NCBI GenBank assembly: GCA_964019425.1
Contig: OZ025783.1
Span: 558,001 to 622,000, forward strand
Origin: Flectonema sp. DT1601
Lineage: Eukaryota
DNA length: 64,000 nt
Direction: 5' to 3'
Shown: piece by piece, positions 1 to 11,445 of the stretch
How the letters are laid out: the number at the start of each line of letters is the position of its first letter
Numbering within the stretch: position 1 is the stretch's first letter
The notes under the pieces: model-generated
Told to the model about the DNA's origin: nothing
Database searches by the model: none
The model's input: only the letters and a program-made list of their open reading frames with translations
Translations under genes and position numbers: made by a program

Positions 1-2
1 CT

Positions 3-272
3 GTTGATCCGAGCAACTGCTCTTGGAAAATAGAATCAACAATAAAGGTTGTAAATGAAACCTGTGTTAATGGTGTTCTGTTGTCCCATGTCACTAAGGG
101 TGCCAACACCTGCATTCAGAAATGCCCACAACCATCTAACACAACTTCAACTTGTTATTTGGATTGCTTTTTCGATTCTGTTTGGGAAACTCCAGCAACC
201 AAGTTTGAGGAAATATTCCTCAATGCTTTTGACAACTGCCCTGGCAGAAAGCCTTATGTGCCTTCTGAATGA
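3..272 (+). CDS. 3' end of a Cys-rich protein, truncated by the window start
   Basis: Frame open from base 3 to TGA at 270-272: VDPSNCSWKIESTIKVVNETCVNG...CIQKCPQPSNTTSTCYLDCFF...AFDNCPGRKPYVPSE; many Cys and N-x-S/T sequons; same strand as all other genes. Confidence 0.55.
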   Translation, partial: VDPSNCSWKIESTIKVVNETCVNGVLLSHVTKGANTCIQKCPQPSNTTSTCYLDCFFDSVWETPATKFEEIFLNAFDNCPGRKPYVPSE

Positions 273-789
273 TTTAAGTGTTGGACAGTCAGATACTTCT
301 TTTTTGAGGTGCATACCTGCAGCTCAACTTCTTATCCATTTGTTAGAATCAATGAGACGAACTTCTCAGCTATCTTTCTTTTACAAAACGAGGTTTGTGG
401 AGTGTAACGAAAATATTTTTACTAATTCTTTGATTCTTTCTGCATGATTGGATAAAGTTATCAGGTGATACCATTTTCTCGCACATGCTAAACCTGTCTA
501 TCGAAAAGATTGCATCTTCTGGCAACGAGAAATGTCTCTCTGTGCATTTAATGTGATCCTTCCCTTCCTCCATTTGTGCTTGCCGCCAGGTTAGCTGATC
601 TGATCTTGGTGGATTGTGGCACCAATCAATATTTCACTATGCGTGTTTCAAGGGGAAAAAAAAAAACGTGTGCCGTGTTTCTGACTTAGTGATGCAATGC
701 CTTTGTTTTCCTTTTTCACAACAATGTATTTTCCCTGAAATATCATTCTGTTAAGCGAAGACAGTCATTTAACCTTTCCAGGCATAAAG

Positions 790-1250
790 ATGGTGGCGCC
801 CAAAAAGCCTGCAGCAAAAGCAGTCACAAAGAAGAGACGAAAATCTTCTGCAGCTCAGCCGATGGTATGTAACTAAATTACTTCGAAGTTGTGTTTGTGG
901 AAAAGGACTATGCAAACAAACAGGGCGGGTGGCCTATCGAGGATTATGTTGAGAAAATAATTGACAATCTCAGTGATATTCCGAGTGATTTGCGAATTCA
1001 GTGGAAAAAGGATTATAAACGGATTCTTGAAGAGGAGGGCTACTTCACATTTGACTCCCTCCGCACCTCGATGACTCAGGGGCCTGTGCAGAGTACTTCG
1101 GCGGCTTCTAGTGCCAGTGACTGGGAACAATTTTGTGATCGCAAAGGCATCGCTGATGTTTTCATGAAAGCAGTTAAAGGCGATTTATATCAACAGGACA
1201 ACAGCTTTAAATTTTGTGGGATTTGTACAATGTCATGTCCTTTCATGTAA
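790..1250 (+). CDS. Small 2-exon protein (~139 aa): basic N-terminus, possible SAM-like domain, C-terminal CaaX-like motif (CPFM)
   Basis: ATG 790 just after TTTCCAG acceptor; exons 790-864 and 906-1250 joined in frame by a 41-nt GTATGT...AAG intron; MVAPKKPAAKAVTKKRRK|DYANK... Confidence 0.6.
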
Positions 1251-1415
1251 CCGCTTAATTGTTGAGACCGAAGGAAATAGATTGCTTTGTCACTTACACT
1301 TCTGTTTCATTTGTTGTTTGTTTGCTGTTGCCCCAACTTATTTCTATTTTGTTTCCAGGAATAGAAGAATACAAGATGGAATAAGGAAACATTTCTTCCA
1401 CGGGAACCTGGAGAC

Positions 1416-1420
1416 AAAAA
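1416..1420 (-). terminator. RNA polymerase III oligo-T terminator of the tRNA-Arg gene
   Basis: TTTTT on the minus strand 1 nt after the discriminator base. Confidence 0.8.
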
Positions 1421-1421
1421 T

Positions 1422-1493
1422 CAACCGTGGCAGGACTCGAACCTGCAACCGCCTGATCCGTAGTCAGGCGCTCTTCCATTGAGCCACACGGTC
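1422..1493 (-). tRNA. tRNA-Arg(ACG)
   Basis: Reverse complement GACCGTG-TGGCTCAATGGAAGAGC-G-CCTGA CT ACG GA TCAGG-CGGTT-GCAGG TTCGAGT CCTGC-CACGGTT-G folds as a 72-nt cloverleaf with A and B boxes. Confidence 0.97.
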
Positions 1494-1969
1494 TTGTTTT
1501 CAGAAAAAGTTTTTTACTTCTTTCTTCAGAAGAAGTCTAATATTTATTCTTTCTTCCTTATTTCCCTTTTTCTCTATAGGCGAAACCTACACTCTGCCGT
1601 ATTCCATTATACCTGGTTTTTGTTTCCGGCTCACAATTAATTCGTAATTGAATAACACGATTCCGTACTGCACTGAATGACAACACGGAAAAAGAGACAT
1701 GTATGCAGATAAGTTAGAAACATTGATTATAATGTAGAGCAAGTAAGTCATTTGCAGAGTGTTAGCCTGTAACATTTTAGTCACCGTGTCATGAGTTTTT
1801 GTAATTTTATTATTGAGTTCTGATACAATACAGAGATTTATATTCGTATGAACCTAATCAAACCGTCTTTTCCCCCTTACCCCTTTATTTAATAAAATCT
1901 TCCTTTTCCATTCTTTAGAAAAATACTGTTTGTGTCTGGGTGGCCTTGAATGCCTTACATTTTTACAGG

Positions 1970-4786
1970 ATGCTCATTCAGTCCGAGTCATATCTTGGGC
2001 CATGTACGGCTATTCACATTTCAAATGATGGGTGGGGGATTCTTGCTTGTTGCGGGGGCATCGTACATCAATTTAAAGATGACGAACATCGACAATGCCC
2101 GCTGCTGAAAACTGATAATATCTGTCGAATGCAGACAACAGCGACTGATGGTTATGCTCAAGGAAGATATGAAATAGTAAACTTTAGTGGGAAGGGAGGG
2201 GAAGTACTACGCATCAAGCATTCTATAAAGACTGGTGATCCTGTAGTTGGCTTTTTGCCGTTGTTAAACAACAAAATGTTAGTCGCGACGTTTAATGGAA
2301 GTATATTGGAATACTGCAACAGCACTTGTACAAGAATATATCAACACACGAGTGCGGCTATGTGTGTGGGCTTTTTAAATGTTAACAATGTGATTGTGGG
2401 AGGGATGTGTGGAGATCTGTCCAATGTCAGTCTAGACAAGCAGACTAGTTACAACTTATCAGGTCATGCATCAACAGGACACATAAGATCTATTTCTATT
2501 GATAATGAATACGTATTGTCAGGCTGTGATGACAGAACTGCCAAACTCTGGCATGGGAATTCACTACTCTGGACTTTAACGGGTCACTCTACTCGCATCT
2601 GGTCTACGGCTCTGCAATATCCCTACATTGTAACGGGGACTGAAGATGGATCGATCTTTCTTTCGAAGTACGATCCGAAAATACCTTCTCAAGGTTGGCA
2701 AATACGGTTACCTACCGACAGTACAACTCATGGAGATATCTGTTGCACTGCTTTGAATCGATTCAAAGATTGTGTTAAAGTTGCCTACGGAACCTCTTCT
2801 GGTGGAATGAATGTTTACGAACATCATATGAGTACCGAGTCGGGTGATATGTCGTCGGCTGTATTCAGTCCTACAAGTCGCTTATCAATTCAATCTGTTA
2901 AGGCAGCCTATCGCGTGGTACGGTTAATTACAGATAATACACTATGTGTTATAACTTCTTGTGGATCTCTTAGTTTAATTGTTGGTAGTGAAGAACACTT
3001 CATTACGTCATCTGTAAAGTTTCAGTCGGCAACAGAACTTGCTGGTTGTGAAGAAGAATTAATAATTGGAACCTCTACTGGTGTGATCCTCAATGTTTAT
3101 ATCAAGACTGCTGTTATTCAAGAAATCGATTTACCACAAGTTACGAGTAAGATAACAACCTTGTCGTATAATAAATACTGTTCTGCTTACGTAGTCACAG
3201 ATGCAAAGAATAACATTATTTTAGGACGAAGTCACGATGAAATCACTAGGTGCTTTCAACACGATGAAAAGTCTCTTCCAACTTCATCTGTGTGTTTTGA
3301 GAAAAATGGTAACTTGATCATCGCTGTCGGGTTTAAAAATGGAACCGTGCTTTGCGCAAACAGCAGTGATGTTACACTACAGAGAGTAGTCGTTAGCAGT
3401 AATCGAATAGTATCTTTAGTACAGTTGGATAAGCACACAATCTTGTCAGCTTCTGAAGACGGAATTATATCTAAAATAGTTCTTAGTGATAACATGAAAA
3501 CAATTGAAGGTGTTGATTCACATAAAACTTCACTCAAAGATTGTCTCTATGTATTAGATTTGTCCCCAACGGAGTCCAGCACTGGAAAAAGACACAAGCC
3601 TCAGGGCTGGTTACTTTTTCATATTTCCGAAAATACAATATTTGGTACAGAAATTCCTTCGGGAGAGCACTTGTTGTCAATTCCGTGTAAAGGTGTTTCC
3701 AGACGAACTATATCGATAAATCCGTGTGGGGTCTCGATGGTTAAAGGAGCGCGAGATATTATTGTAAAAAAACTTTCCCCAACACGAAACGATAATTACA
3801 TGACTGATATCCAAATATTATCAAATCGATTCTTTCTCAGTAGGGATGCTCAGGGCATTGGACGACCGAGAAATAATATTAAACAGCCTGATGGAAATAA
3901 TTACATCGTAGTAGGTGACCAGGGAGATGCGGTACTCGTTTCCAGCTCGAGTATTGGTATTACACAAAAACTGGTTCCTCATCATGCAGCAGGCTTCAAG
4001 TGTTGTTTTCAACAAAATAATTTGGTAATTGCTGGTGGTGGTGGAGATGCCTTATATGTTTGGGACATATCTTTCCAACCAGCTAGACTAGTTTCTCACG
4101 TTGTTCTCAGTGGAACTTCTGATGTGAGTCAGAGAGTCTTGTGTGTTTCAATGTGCGATAAAACGATGACAATATTCGCGGGAACTTCAGATGGAACTAT
4201 TCACTCTGTTAAACAACCATACAGTCAGGATGATGTTTTTAATAACACCGTCGTTGTTCCTCAAGATTTCGGTGCATGTCTTAGCATTGATATTGTTGAA
4301 GAATTGTTATGTGTTGGAGGTTCTTGTGGGAGGTTGTGTTTATCGTTGGTTGTTTCAAATGAAATATTATTACAGAAAGTACATCAAAGTGGAGTCAACT
4401 GCATCTCCGCTACTCGTAAGTCGGAAAATCTTTATCAAATAGCAACAGGTGGTGACGATCAGTCTATCTCTGTAATGAAAGTCTCAACTTCTGGAGGGAA
4501 TCTTACAGTCATAAAGTTATTCACGTTACCTAATCTTGTTACGGCTGCGTTCCGCTCTGTACAGTTCTTAAGTGATTGTCGATATCTCGTAGCTCTTGCT
4601 TCTGATCAAAGACTTTTAATATTTGTGAGAAGTAGTGATTCTGATTTCCAATTCTCTTTTCATTCTGGGATCGTGACGAGAGTTATCCGACCAACTGCTC
4701 TATCCCTTTGCGAGGATCAAATAGTTGTTGTTGGACAAGGGATTGAGTACCTGACTCTGAATGAGCAGCTCTCCCCAACAACGTGA
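1970..4786 (+). CDS. WDR6: WD40-repeat protein, WDR6/Trm734-like (tRNA 2'-O-methyltransferase partner)
   Basis: WD blades (VLSGCDDRTAKLW, GHSTRIW, IVTGTEDGS); C-terminal VHQSGVN...IATGGDDQSI...SDQRL...VVGQGIE resembles WDR6; ATG 1970 is 1 nt after a TTTTACAG acceptor. Confidence 0.7.
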   Translation: MLIQSESYLGPCTAIHISNDGWGILACCGGIVHQFKDDEHRQCPLLKTDNICRMQTTATDGYAQGRYEIVNFSGKGGEVLRIKHSIKTGDPVVGFLPLLNNKMLVATFNGSILEYCNSTCTRIYQHTSAAMCVGFLNVNNVIVGGMCGDLSNVSLDKQTSYNLSGHASTGHIRSISIDNEYVLSGCDDRTAKLWHGNSLLWTLTGHSTRIWSTALQYPYIVTGTEDGSIFLSKYDPKIPSQGWQIRLPTDSTTHGDICCTALNRFKDCVKVAYGTSSGGMNVYEHHMSTESGDMSSAVFSPTSRLSIQSVKAAYRVVRLITDNTLCVITSCGSLSLIVGSEEHFITSSVKFQSATELAGCEEELIIGTSTGVILNVYIKTAVIQEIDLPQVTSKITTLSYNKYCSAYVVTDAKNNIILGRSHDEITRCFQHDEKSLPTSSVCFEKNGNLIIAVGFKNGTVLCANSSDVTLQRVVVSSNRIVSLVQLDKHTILSASEDGIISKIVLSDNMKTIEGVDSHKTSLKDCLYVLDLSPTESSTGKRHKPQGWLLFHISENTIFGTEIPSGEHLLSIPCKGVSRRTISINPCGVSMVKGARDIIVKKLSPTRNDNYMTDIQILSNRFFLSRDAQGIGRPRNNIKQPDGNNYIVVGDQGDAVLVSSSSIGITQKLVPHHAAGFKCCFQQNNLVIAGGGGDALYVWDISFQPARLVSHVVLSGTSDVSQRVLCVSMCDKTMTIFAGTSDGTIHSVKQPYSQDDVFNNTVVVPQDFGACLSIDIVEELLCVGGSCGRLCLSLVVSNEILLQKVHQSGVNCISATRKSENLYQIATGGDDQSISVMKVSTSGGNLTVIKLFTLPNLVTAAFRSVQFLSDCRYLVALASDQRLLIFVRSSDSDFQFSFHSGIVTRVIRPTALSLCEDQIVVVGQGIEYLTLNEQLSPTT

Positions 4787-4925
4787 AGTTGTGGAAGTAA
4801 ACCTGTTGTAATCATTACGCTGTGGAATTGTTTTTCTTTTCTTCTTTCTTATCCCACAGAAGTCGCTGCGTAACAGTATTGTATATAAAACAGTTGATAT
4901 TTATTTTGTTATCCAGACATCCAAA

Positions 4926-7900
4926 ATGCCTGATCCGTCGTCAGTGGCGGCTGCCGCTGCGCGCAGGAAGTCAGCAAACACGGGAGAGCCGAGAAGAGAA
5001 TCGCAGGGAAAGCAGATTTCGCAACTAAGGTCGCCTAAGTCTCCAGGACTATCACCAGGATTTGATGCAGGAAGTCCTGGAGATGAGTTAACTCCTTCAG
5101 GAGCGCAACACAGAAGAAGTGTTGGGTTCAGTGGGACGATGCAGGGACCTGGAAGACAGTCACCAACATCACCAGCTGGATCACCGTCCACAGCAAGTCC
5201 GAAAAAAAGACGTATATCAGCAGCGAAAAAACGTGACGAAGATGGACAAGATGACGACTCAAGTAACAACGTCAAAGTATTTCTGAGAGTACGTCCATTC
5301 AACCAGAGAGAATTAAAGATTCACGAAGAACACTACGACTCTATGCTCAGATCAATTATTGATATGCCAGCAGGACAAGAGGGACCTATTAATTTCTTAG
5401 AAAAGATCGGAAGTGGTGACGACGAAGACTACGCCGTCTCTGAAGTTTTCGACTTCGATAAGGGTCTCTGGTCTATAACACCTGAACAGCAGCCTTATGA
5501 TTTCGAATACGCAACTCAACGTAATGTCTTTAACGAAATGGGTCAACCAGCTTTAGACAATGCCTGGAAAGGATTTAACACTTGTATATTTGCATACGGT
5601 CAAACCGGAGCTGGAAAGACCCATACTATGATGGGTCGATTCAGTTACTCCGACGGCGAACTTCTCGACGACCCTGGTGTCATCCCTCTCCTCTGCAGAG
5701 GTCTTTACGACTCTATTGAAGCCAAGAGGAAGGAAGACGAAGGAAAGGAAAATAAATTAAGTGTCATTACCTACGAGACTGAGTTGATGGCTTACGAAAT
5801 TTACAACGAGCGTGTGAGAGATTTGTTCTACTTTCACACTCCCGGAAGAAAGGCCAAGGATGAATTGAAGGTCAGAAAGCATCCAACAGAAGGTACCTTC
5901 GTTGATGGAATTACTAAACTGAAACCAGAAACATGGGAGACATGTATCTCTGATGTAGAAGCTGGAAACAGTGGGAGAACTGTTGGAGCTACAGCGATGA
6001 ACAGTGAGTCGAGTAGATCTCACTCTATCTTTCAAATTAAGTTTACACAAGTAGAGACGAGTATTCCACAGGCTCGATTTGAGAAGCCTGTCATCAACAG
6101 AAAGTATTCAATAATCAATTTAATCGATTTAGCAGGTAGTGAACGTAACAAGAAGTCACAGGCTGCTGGAGAACGTCTTGTTGAAGCGACAAACATCAAC
6201 TTGTCTTTAACAACATTAAAGAGAGTTATTGATGCTCTTGTTCATAATGGATTGAATGCTAAGCATCCAGTACAGATCCCATACCGTGACTCAGTTCTTA
6301 CTATGTTACTCTCTCACTCCCTTGGAGGTAACAGTAAGACTACTATGGTTGCATGTGTCTCTCCGCATTATGATAATTGTGAGGAGACTCTTAACACCCT
6401 CAGATACGCTTCTCAGGCCCGTCGTATTGTTAACATTGTTCGTGTTAATGAGGATTCTAAGGCAAGACAGAACCTGCTCCTTAAGTATGTTTATTATCTG
6501 TGGAATGGTTTTTTTATTTTAAACTTTTCGACTCAGACTGTCGATAGCAAGGAAAAAAACAAGCAAGCAACACCAACAACCACTAAACAGGGAACAACTC
6601 TCCAACTTACAACAAGAGCTTGAGGACCGAAGAAATGGAGATCTCAGTCCGCAGCAAATTATGGAACTGGAAGATGAGGTTTGTAACTTCTTTCGTATTT
6701 TGTGAGTAGAGCTATCAGTGGTACTGTTGTTGATAATACTTGCTATTGCGAAGCCAAACATAAAACAACACAAACCAGATTAAGGCCGGTCAAGAATCCC
6801 TCAGCGCATACGAAGCAGAAGCCAAGAAGCTCCGTCTTGAGAAACATGAAGAAGAACAGAAGAGATATCACCAGGCGTTCCAGCACTCGTTCCAGATGGT
6901 TGTTATGAAGAGACAGAAGGAAGAAGCTCAGAGGCTTGCAAAAGAAACTGCTAACCAATTGGTATGTCACTACTTGAGTGAGGGATATTCATTAAAGCAA
7001 TCATTGTATGTTTTGGGAGTACCAAAATAACAAACAGGTAAAAATGAATGAAGATCAAAAAACTGAAGTTAGAGAAGCCCGCAGAGAGCTCTCAACGGTT
7101 AAGCACGCCGCTGATGCTACCGCTGAGGAACTCCGTCAGGAGAAGGCAAAGAGAGAAATATTACAAACAAAGTCTATTGGTCTCCAATGGGTTGAGAAAC
7201 AGAGACGTGTCACTGCTGAAAAGAATGCTGCAAAGAGTCTTTCAGAAGCTACAGCAGCTCACAGGTATACAGATTTCCTTTTCTTTTTTCCTTCTAATTA
7301 TCATAAACCTAAACACTTCAATACCAAACAGGGAGGAAATCAATGCCATTATGGAAGAGGCCAACCTCCGCCACGATGAACTTATTTCAAAGATCAATGA
7401 GAAGGAGAATGAATACGAAGCACTTCGTGAAGATTTAGAATCCTTGAAAGGAACTAATAAGATGATCGAAGCGAAGGCAGAGGAGTACCGCGAGAGGACG
7501 ATTACGATCGAAAAGCAGGCCACTGGTAAGCTAAGTGACGAACAATACAAACACGAGAGAGAAGTGGAAACTCTTCGATCCAGGTTGACTGTCGAGAGAG
7601 AGGAAGTAAAGAGAGAACTTGAAAGTACCATCCAGCGCAGTAAGGTAAACGAAGAGGTTGTCAGACAAGAAGCTCAACAGAGAACTGAGACTATTGAATA
7701 CAACCTGAAGGCTGAGTTAGGTAGAATTCAAGAAAACACTGAATCACGAAGAATATCAGCAGTCGAAGAGTGGGAAGCTAAACTCTGCGCTGCTGAAGTT
7801 CGCAGAGATGAAGCTCTCAGAAAGCAACGTGAAAACTTTGAGGACGAACAACAACAACTAAAGGATTATTATGACAACAAACTTGCTGTCCATCTCGCAA

Positions 7901-8367
7901 AGATCGATGACCAGATTCAGGTGCTCAACGAAGTTTCGAGACGTGAAGTGAAGTATAGATCACTATCCCACCAACTTGACTCAGCTCTCGACCGTACTAA
8001 AGAACAAGACACAGAAGCAGGATGTAGTCAGGATTTGAGAGAGTTCTTAGAATTGGCGAGAAGTTACTCTGCGCAGTTGATCAGTAATCCGATTAACAGG
8101 TCAGCAGTTAGCAGAGCAGCACTACCAGTGTCTGCTATTGAATGTGGTGCTCCACCATGTGTTGGTGGATTCGAGGAACCAACCTGGACTGAGGGACCTG
8201 CTTCCGTTCAGGCCATCGGAAACGGAAGAATTAGAGCCACATCACGCTCGCCTTCGCGTCGCTCTGGCAGAAAGTCCGGAGGAAAGTCACCAGGATCCCC
8301 TGGGAAGGCATCACCTGGCAAGTCTTCTCCAGTAAGTTCTCCTCCTTTGTTAAAAAGAACTCGCTAG
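4926..8367 (+). CDS. Kinesin, kinesin-3/K39-like motor with long coiled-coil tail; 5 exons, ~1030 aa
   Basis: P-loop IFAYGQTGAGKT, switch I NSESSRSH, switch II LIDLAGSER, IPYRDSVLT. Exons 4926-6484, 6591-6678, 6779-6961, 7038-7264, 7332-8367 join in frame through GT-AG introns. Confidence 0.92.
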
Positions 8368-9534
8368 GCCACTGAGCTGCTGCATCAGTTGGACTTTGCA
8401 AAGCGCACCAACCATTCTTCAGAGTGGTGTGCGGTTCTTTCCCTTTATATTTTTATTCACGAAAGGTTTTCCGACAAGCCGGAGTACTTTCTTTTTTTTC
8501 TTCCTTTCTTTTATCCTTAAAGAACAACAATACAGCCGAAACGGGAATAGCTATTTATACCTTCGTAACACAAACAAGATTGTTACGTTTTAGTTCGTGC
8601 GTACGAGGGCTGTCTCTCGCATGTATGTTGGCTTTTTTTGTACTGTAATGTAAGTCAAATTCCATATAAATGGAAGAGTAATTTATTATCAAGCGTCTTG
8701 TTTTATTTTATTCTTCTTCGGTTTTAAAAAAAAGAAAAGAAAACGGCGTCTTCCTATCGTGATCTCTTTTTATGACCTCAACCTGTTGTTAAGAACGAAT
8801 TCTCGTTTTTGTTCACTGAGGATATACTCACAGAATCCGAAGGGCGCATACTGTAATTGTTATTTTTTATTTTTATTTTTTTTCCATACTTCCTCAATTA
8901 TTTTATCCTTTTTTTTTTTTTTTTTTTAATGTTCTTAGGAGAATCTGTGGTGAGAATTAGTCGATGTTTCGGTTGCTTTGCTAGCTTCCCACACACGTGT
9001 TAGCACAAAGCTTTTTTTTTTGGCTAGCCACTGCGAGTGGTCCAAGAAAATGTACCCCCAGGTGCATACTCTTTGGTAAGCAAAGTGAAAAAGTCTCTCC
9101 TGGCTTTCCCCACCCATGTGAGTGACAGTATTCACATCTTCTGCAGATTTCGGTGTCGTATTATTTATACTTGTATTAGTTGCTCGTCGAGGTATTGACT
9201 AGACAGAAAATCATTTTTCCCCTTTCCCCGATGCATGCAATTATATGTTTTCCACTCATCATGTTGTGCTCTCTTTTCCCCCCCCTCTTTTCCTCTCTTT
9301 AGTTTGCCTTGATTTTATGCCCTCTTAACACCAGCAAGAAAAGGGCGGGGGGGAAACAAGGAAAAGAAAATAAGGAAAAGCTTTCTTTTGCGGCTGACAT
9401 CTTCTTCTGCTTTTCCCCGACTGGAGCTTCTGCACTCAATCGGATGGCGTGATGGGGTTGTAAAACACTGTTCCCATGTCCCCTTTTAGTGAAGTCTGTT
9501 TATGAGAGTTACAACAGGTTCTGAGCACAAGGGC

Positions 9535-9571
<37 letters not shown>

Positions 9572-10222
9572 GAGAAAAATCGCTTCGCTTGTTTCCGTAG
9601 TGTACACTTCCCAGCCCTGAAAGAAAGCAGAAAAATAACGAGACGGCGTTGTGCAATTCAATGTAAAGAAATTATATTTGTGCGACAAACATATGGAATC
9701 AGCGGACACAGAATATCGCGAGGGTGGGAAAAGAAAAACAAAAAAAACAGAAAAACCAAAAACCCAAACGTGTACATAAAGTACATCATTCGACAAATTA
9801 ATAAATAGAGCACCGACACTCCGGTCTTGGGAAAAGCGAAGTGTTTATTTTCGAAGAGGCGGAAAGAAGAGCCATTAAGCACAGTTATATCCACTCAGAA
9901 ACTATGTTTATGACTCACACATACCCATTGTGTTCGCCCCCAAAGCTATCCGCAGTAGAGATCAAATATTAGTTGTATCCACGACTTATTGTTTTCTCGG
10001 GATTTTTTTTTTCTTTTCTTTTTTTCTTCTTCTTCGAGTTTTTTTTAATTGATATGAATAAAAAAAAAAAAAAAAAAAAGACCCTAAATAGGATCGTGCG
10101 AGCCAAATGAACGAAACGAACATGAAAGGTGAAAAAAGAAGGAAAAGAATATTTTTTTAGCGGGAAAAAAAAACAAAAAAAAAACGGTAATCACTTAAAC
10201 GTATAAAATACCAAATCAGGAG

Positions 10223-10258
<36 letters not shown>

Positions 10259-11445
10259 CAAAACAAAACAAAACAAAAAGAGAATTAATCTGCGTGCAAG
10301 CTGCGTTCTTGTGAATTGAATTTCAATCTGTGCTCTTCATGAGTTACGCTACCCCCGTTTCCTACCTCGGAAATGTGGGAGATCCATGGTCGAACTGCCG
10401 ATTTCTTTGTGGCGTTGTGTGTTTCAGCCCTCAGGGAGCTACTACTCACAGCGTTAATAGAATCACGGCTCACCAGAATTGTTATCACCAAGGAGAGAAT
10501 GAGAAAGATCGGTGTTTGCGTAACATCCTTTTCCGTATTTGCTACTCCCGCATCCCTTCCTCCCAAAAAAAAAAAAAAAAAAAAACGATTCTTTTTATCT
10601 TCTATGTTTTGCTTTATACTTGCGAGCCCTTCCTGTTCCCCATGAGAACAGTCAAAAGACATAATTTGCTCTCGTTTCCCGTGATGGTTGTGGTGGTTTT
10701 TTATATTTTGCACATTGCAGTAAGCTCTTGCAACAATTTTGGGATTTTTCTTTTTGTAATGTAAGAGATAATTACAGTCATGATCGACATTTTTTTTTCC
10801 CTTTTTTTTTTCTTTTTTTTCTTTCTATTTTTTTCTTCTCCCCCTTCCTTTCCCGTTGAAAAAAATTATCGTTGAAAAAAATAAAAAAACGTATTCTTCC
10901 GCGGATAGGCTGCTGTATTCGATTCTTTTCCTGATGTGTAGCGTAGTGAACAACAATTCATTCGCACTAAACAAATTGAGCTTCTCTTACGCTACCATTG
11001 GTCACCTCCTCACGTAGTTCGAAGGTGAAGTGGTTGTAAAAATGAGAGAACAGGATAGAGGGTTGAAGTTTCCCAACAGCGGGGGAGAGGAAGAACACAA
11101 CATTGAAAGATAAAATAATAAACCAGGCGGAACGGAAATAAGAGAAAAAAAAAAAAAAAAAAAAATCCGAGTGTTATCTTTTTTTTTATTTTTTTTGCTT
11201 TCACCCGCGCAATTTCCCCCCAAACCCAAGTTAGCACCCAGCCAGTAACCCCCAGACCCACCAACAAGGTTACATCCAATAGTAGGATAACGTTAACAGG
11301 TGCTATTGGTATTTACATTTCTTCCTCTTTGACTCTCCCGACAGATTGGTTTGACATACAAATAAGAACCACAAAGTTACAAATCATCCCTTGTAGTGTA
11401 CTCTAGTGTACTAAACTTCTCACACCAGGTACACAGTATTAAGAA

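Noticed and set aside
1494..1700. snRNA or 7SL gene divergent from the tRNA, as in trypanosomatids
   Set aside because: No U2, U6, U3 or 7SL motif recognised; I also saw no spliced-leader RNA gene in the window
1422..4786. tRNA gene adjacent to a tRNA-modification factor (WDR6-like)
   Set aside because: Neighbouring genes here are functionally unrelated, so this is most likely coincidence
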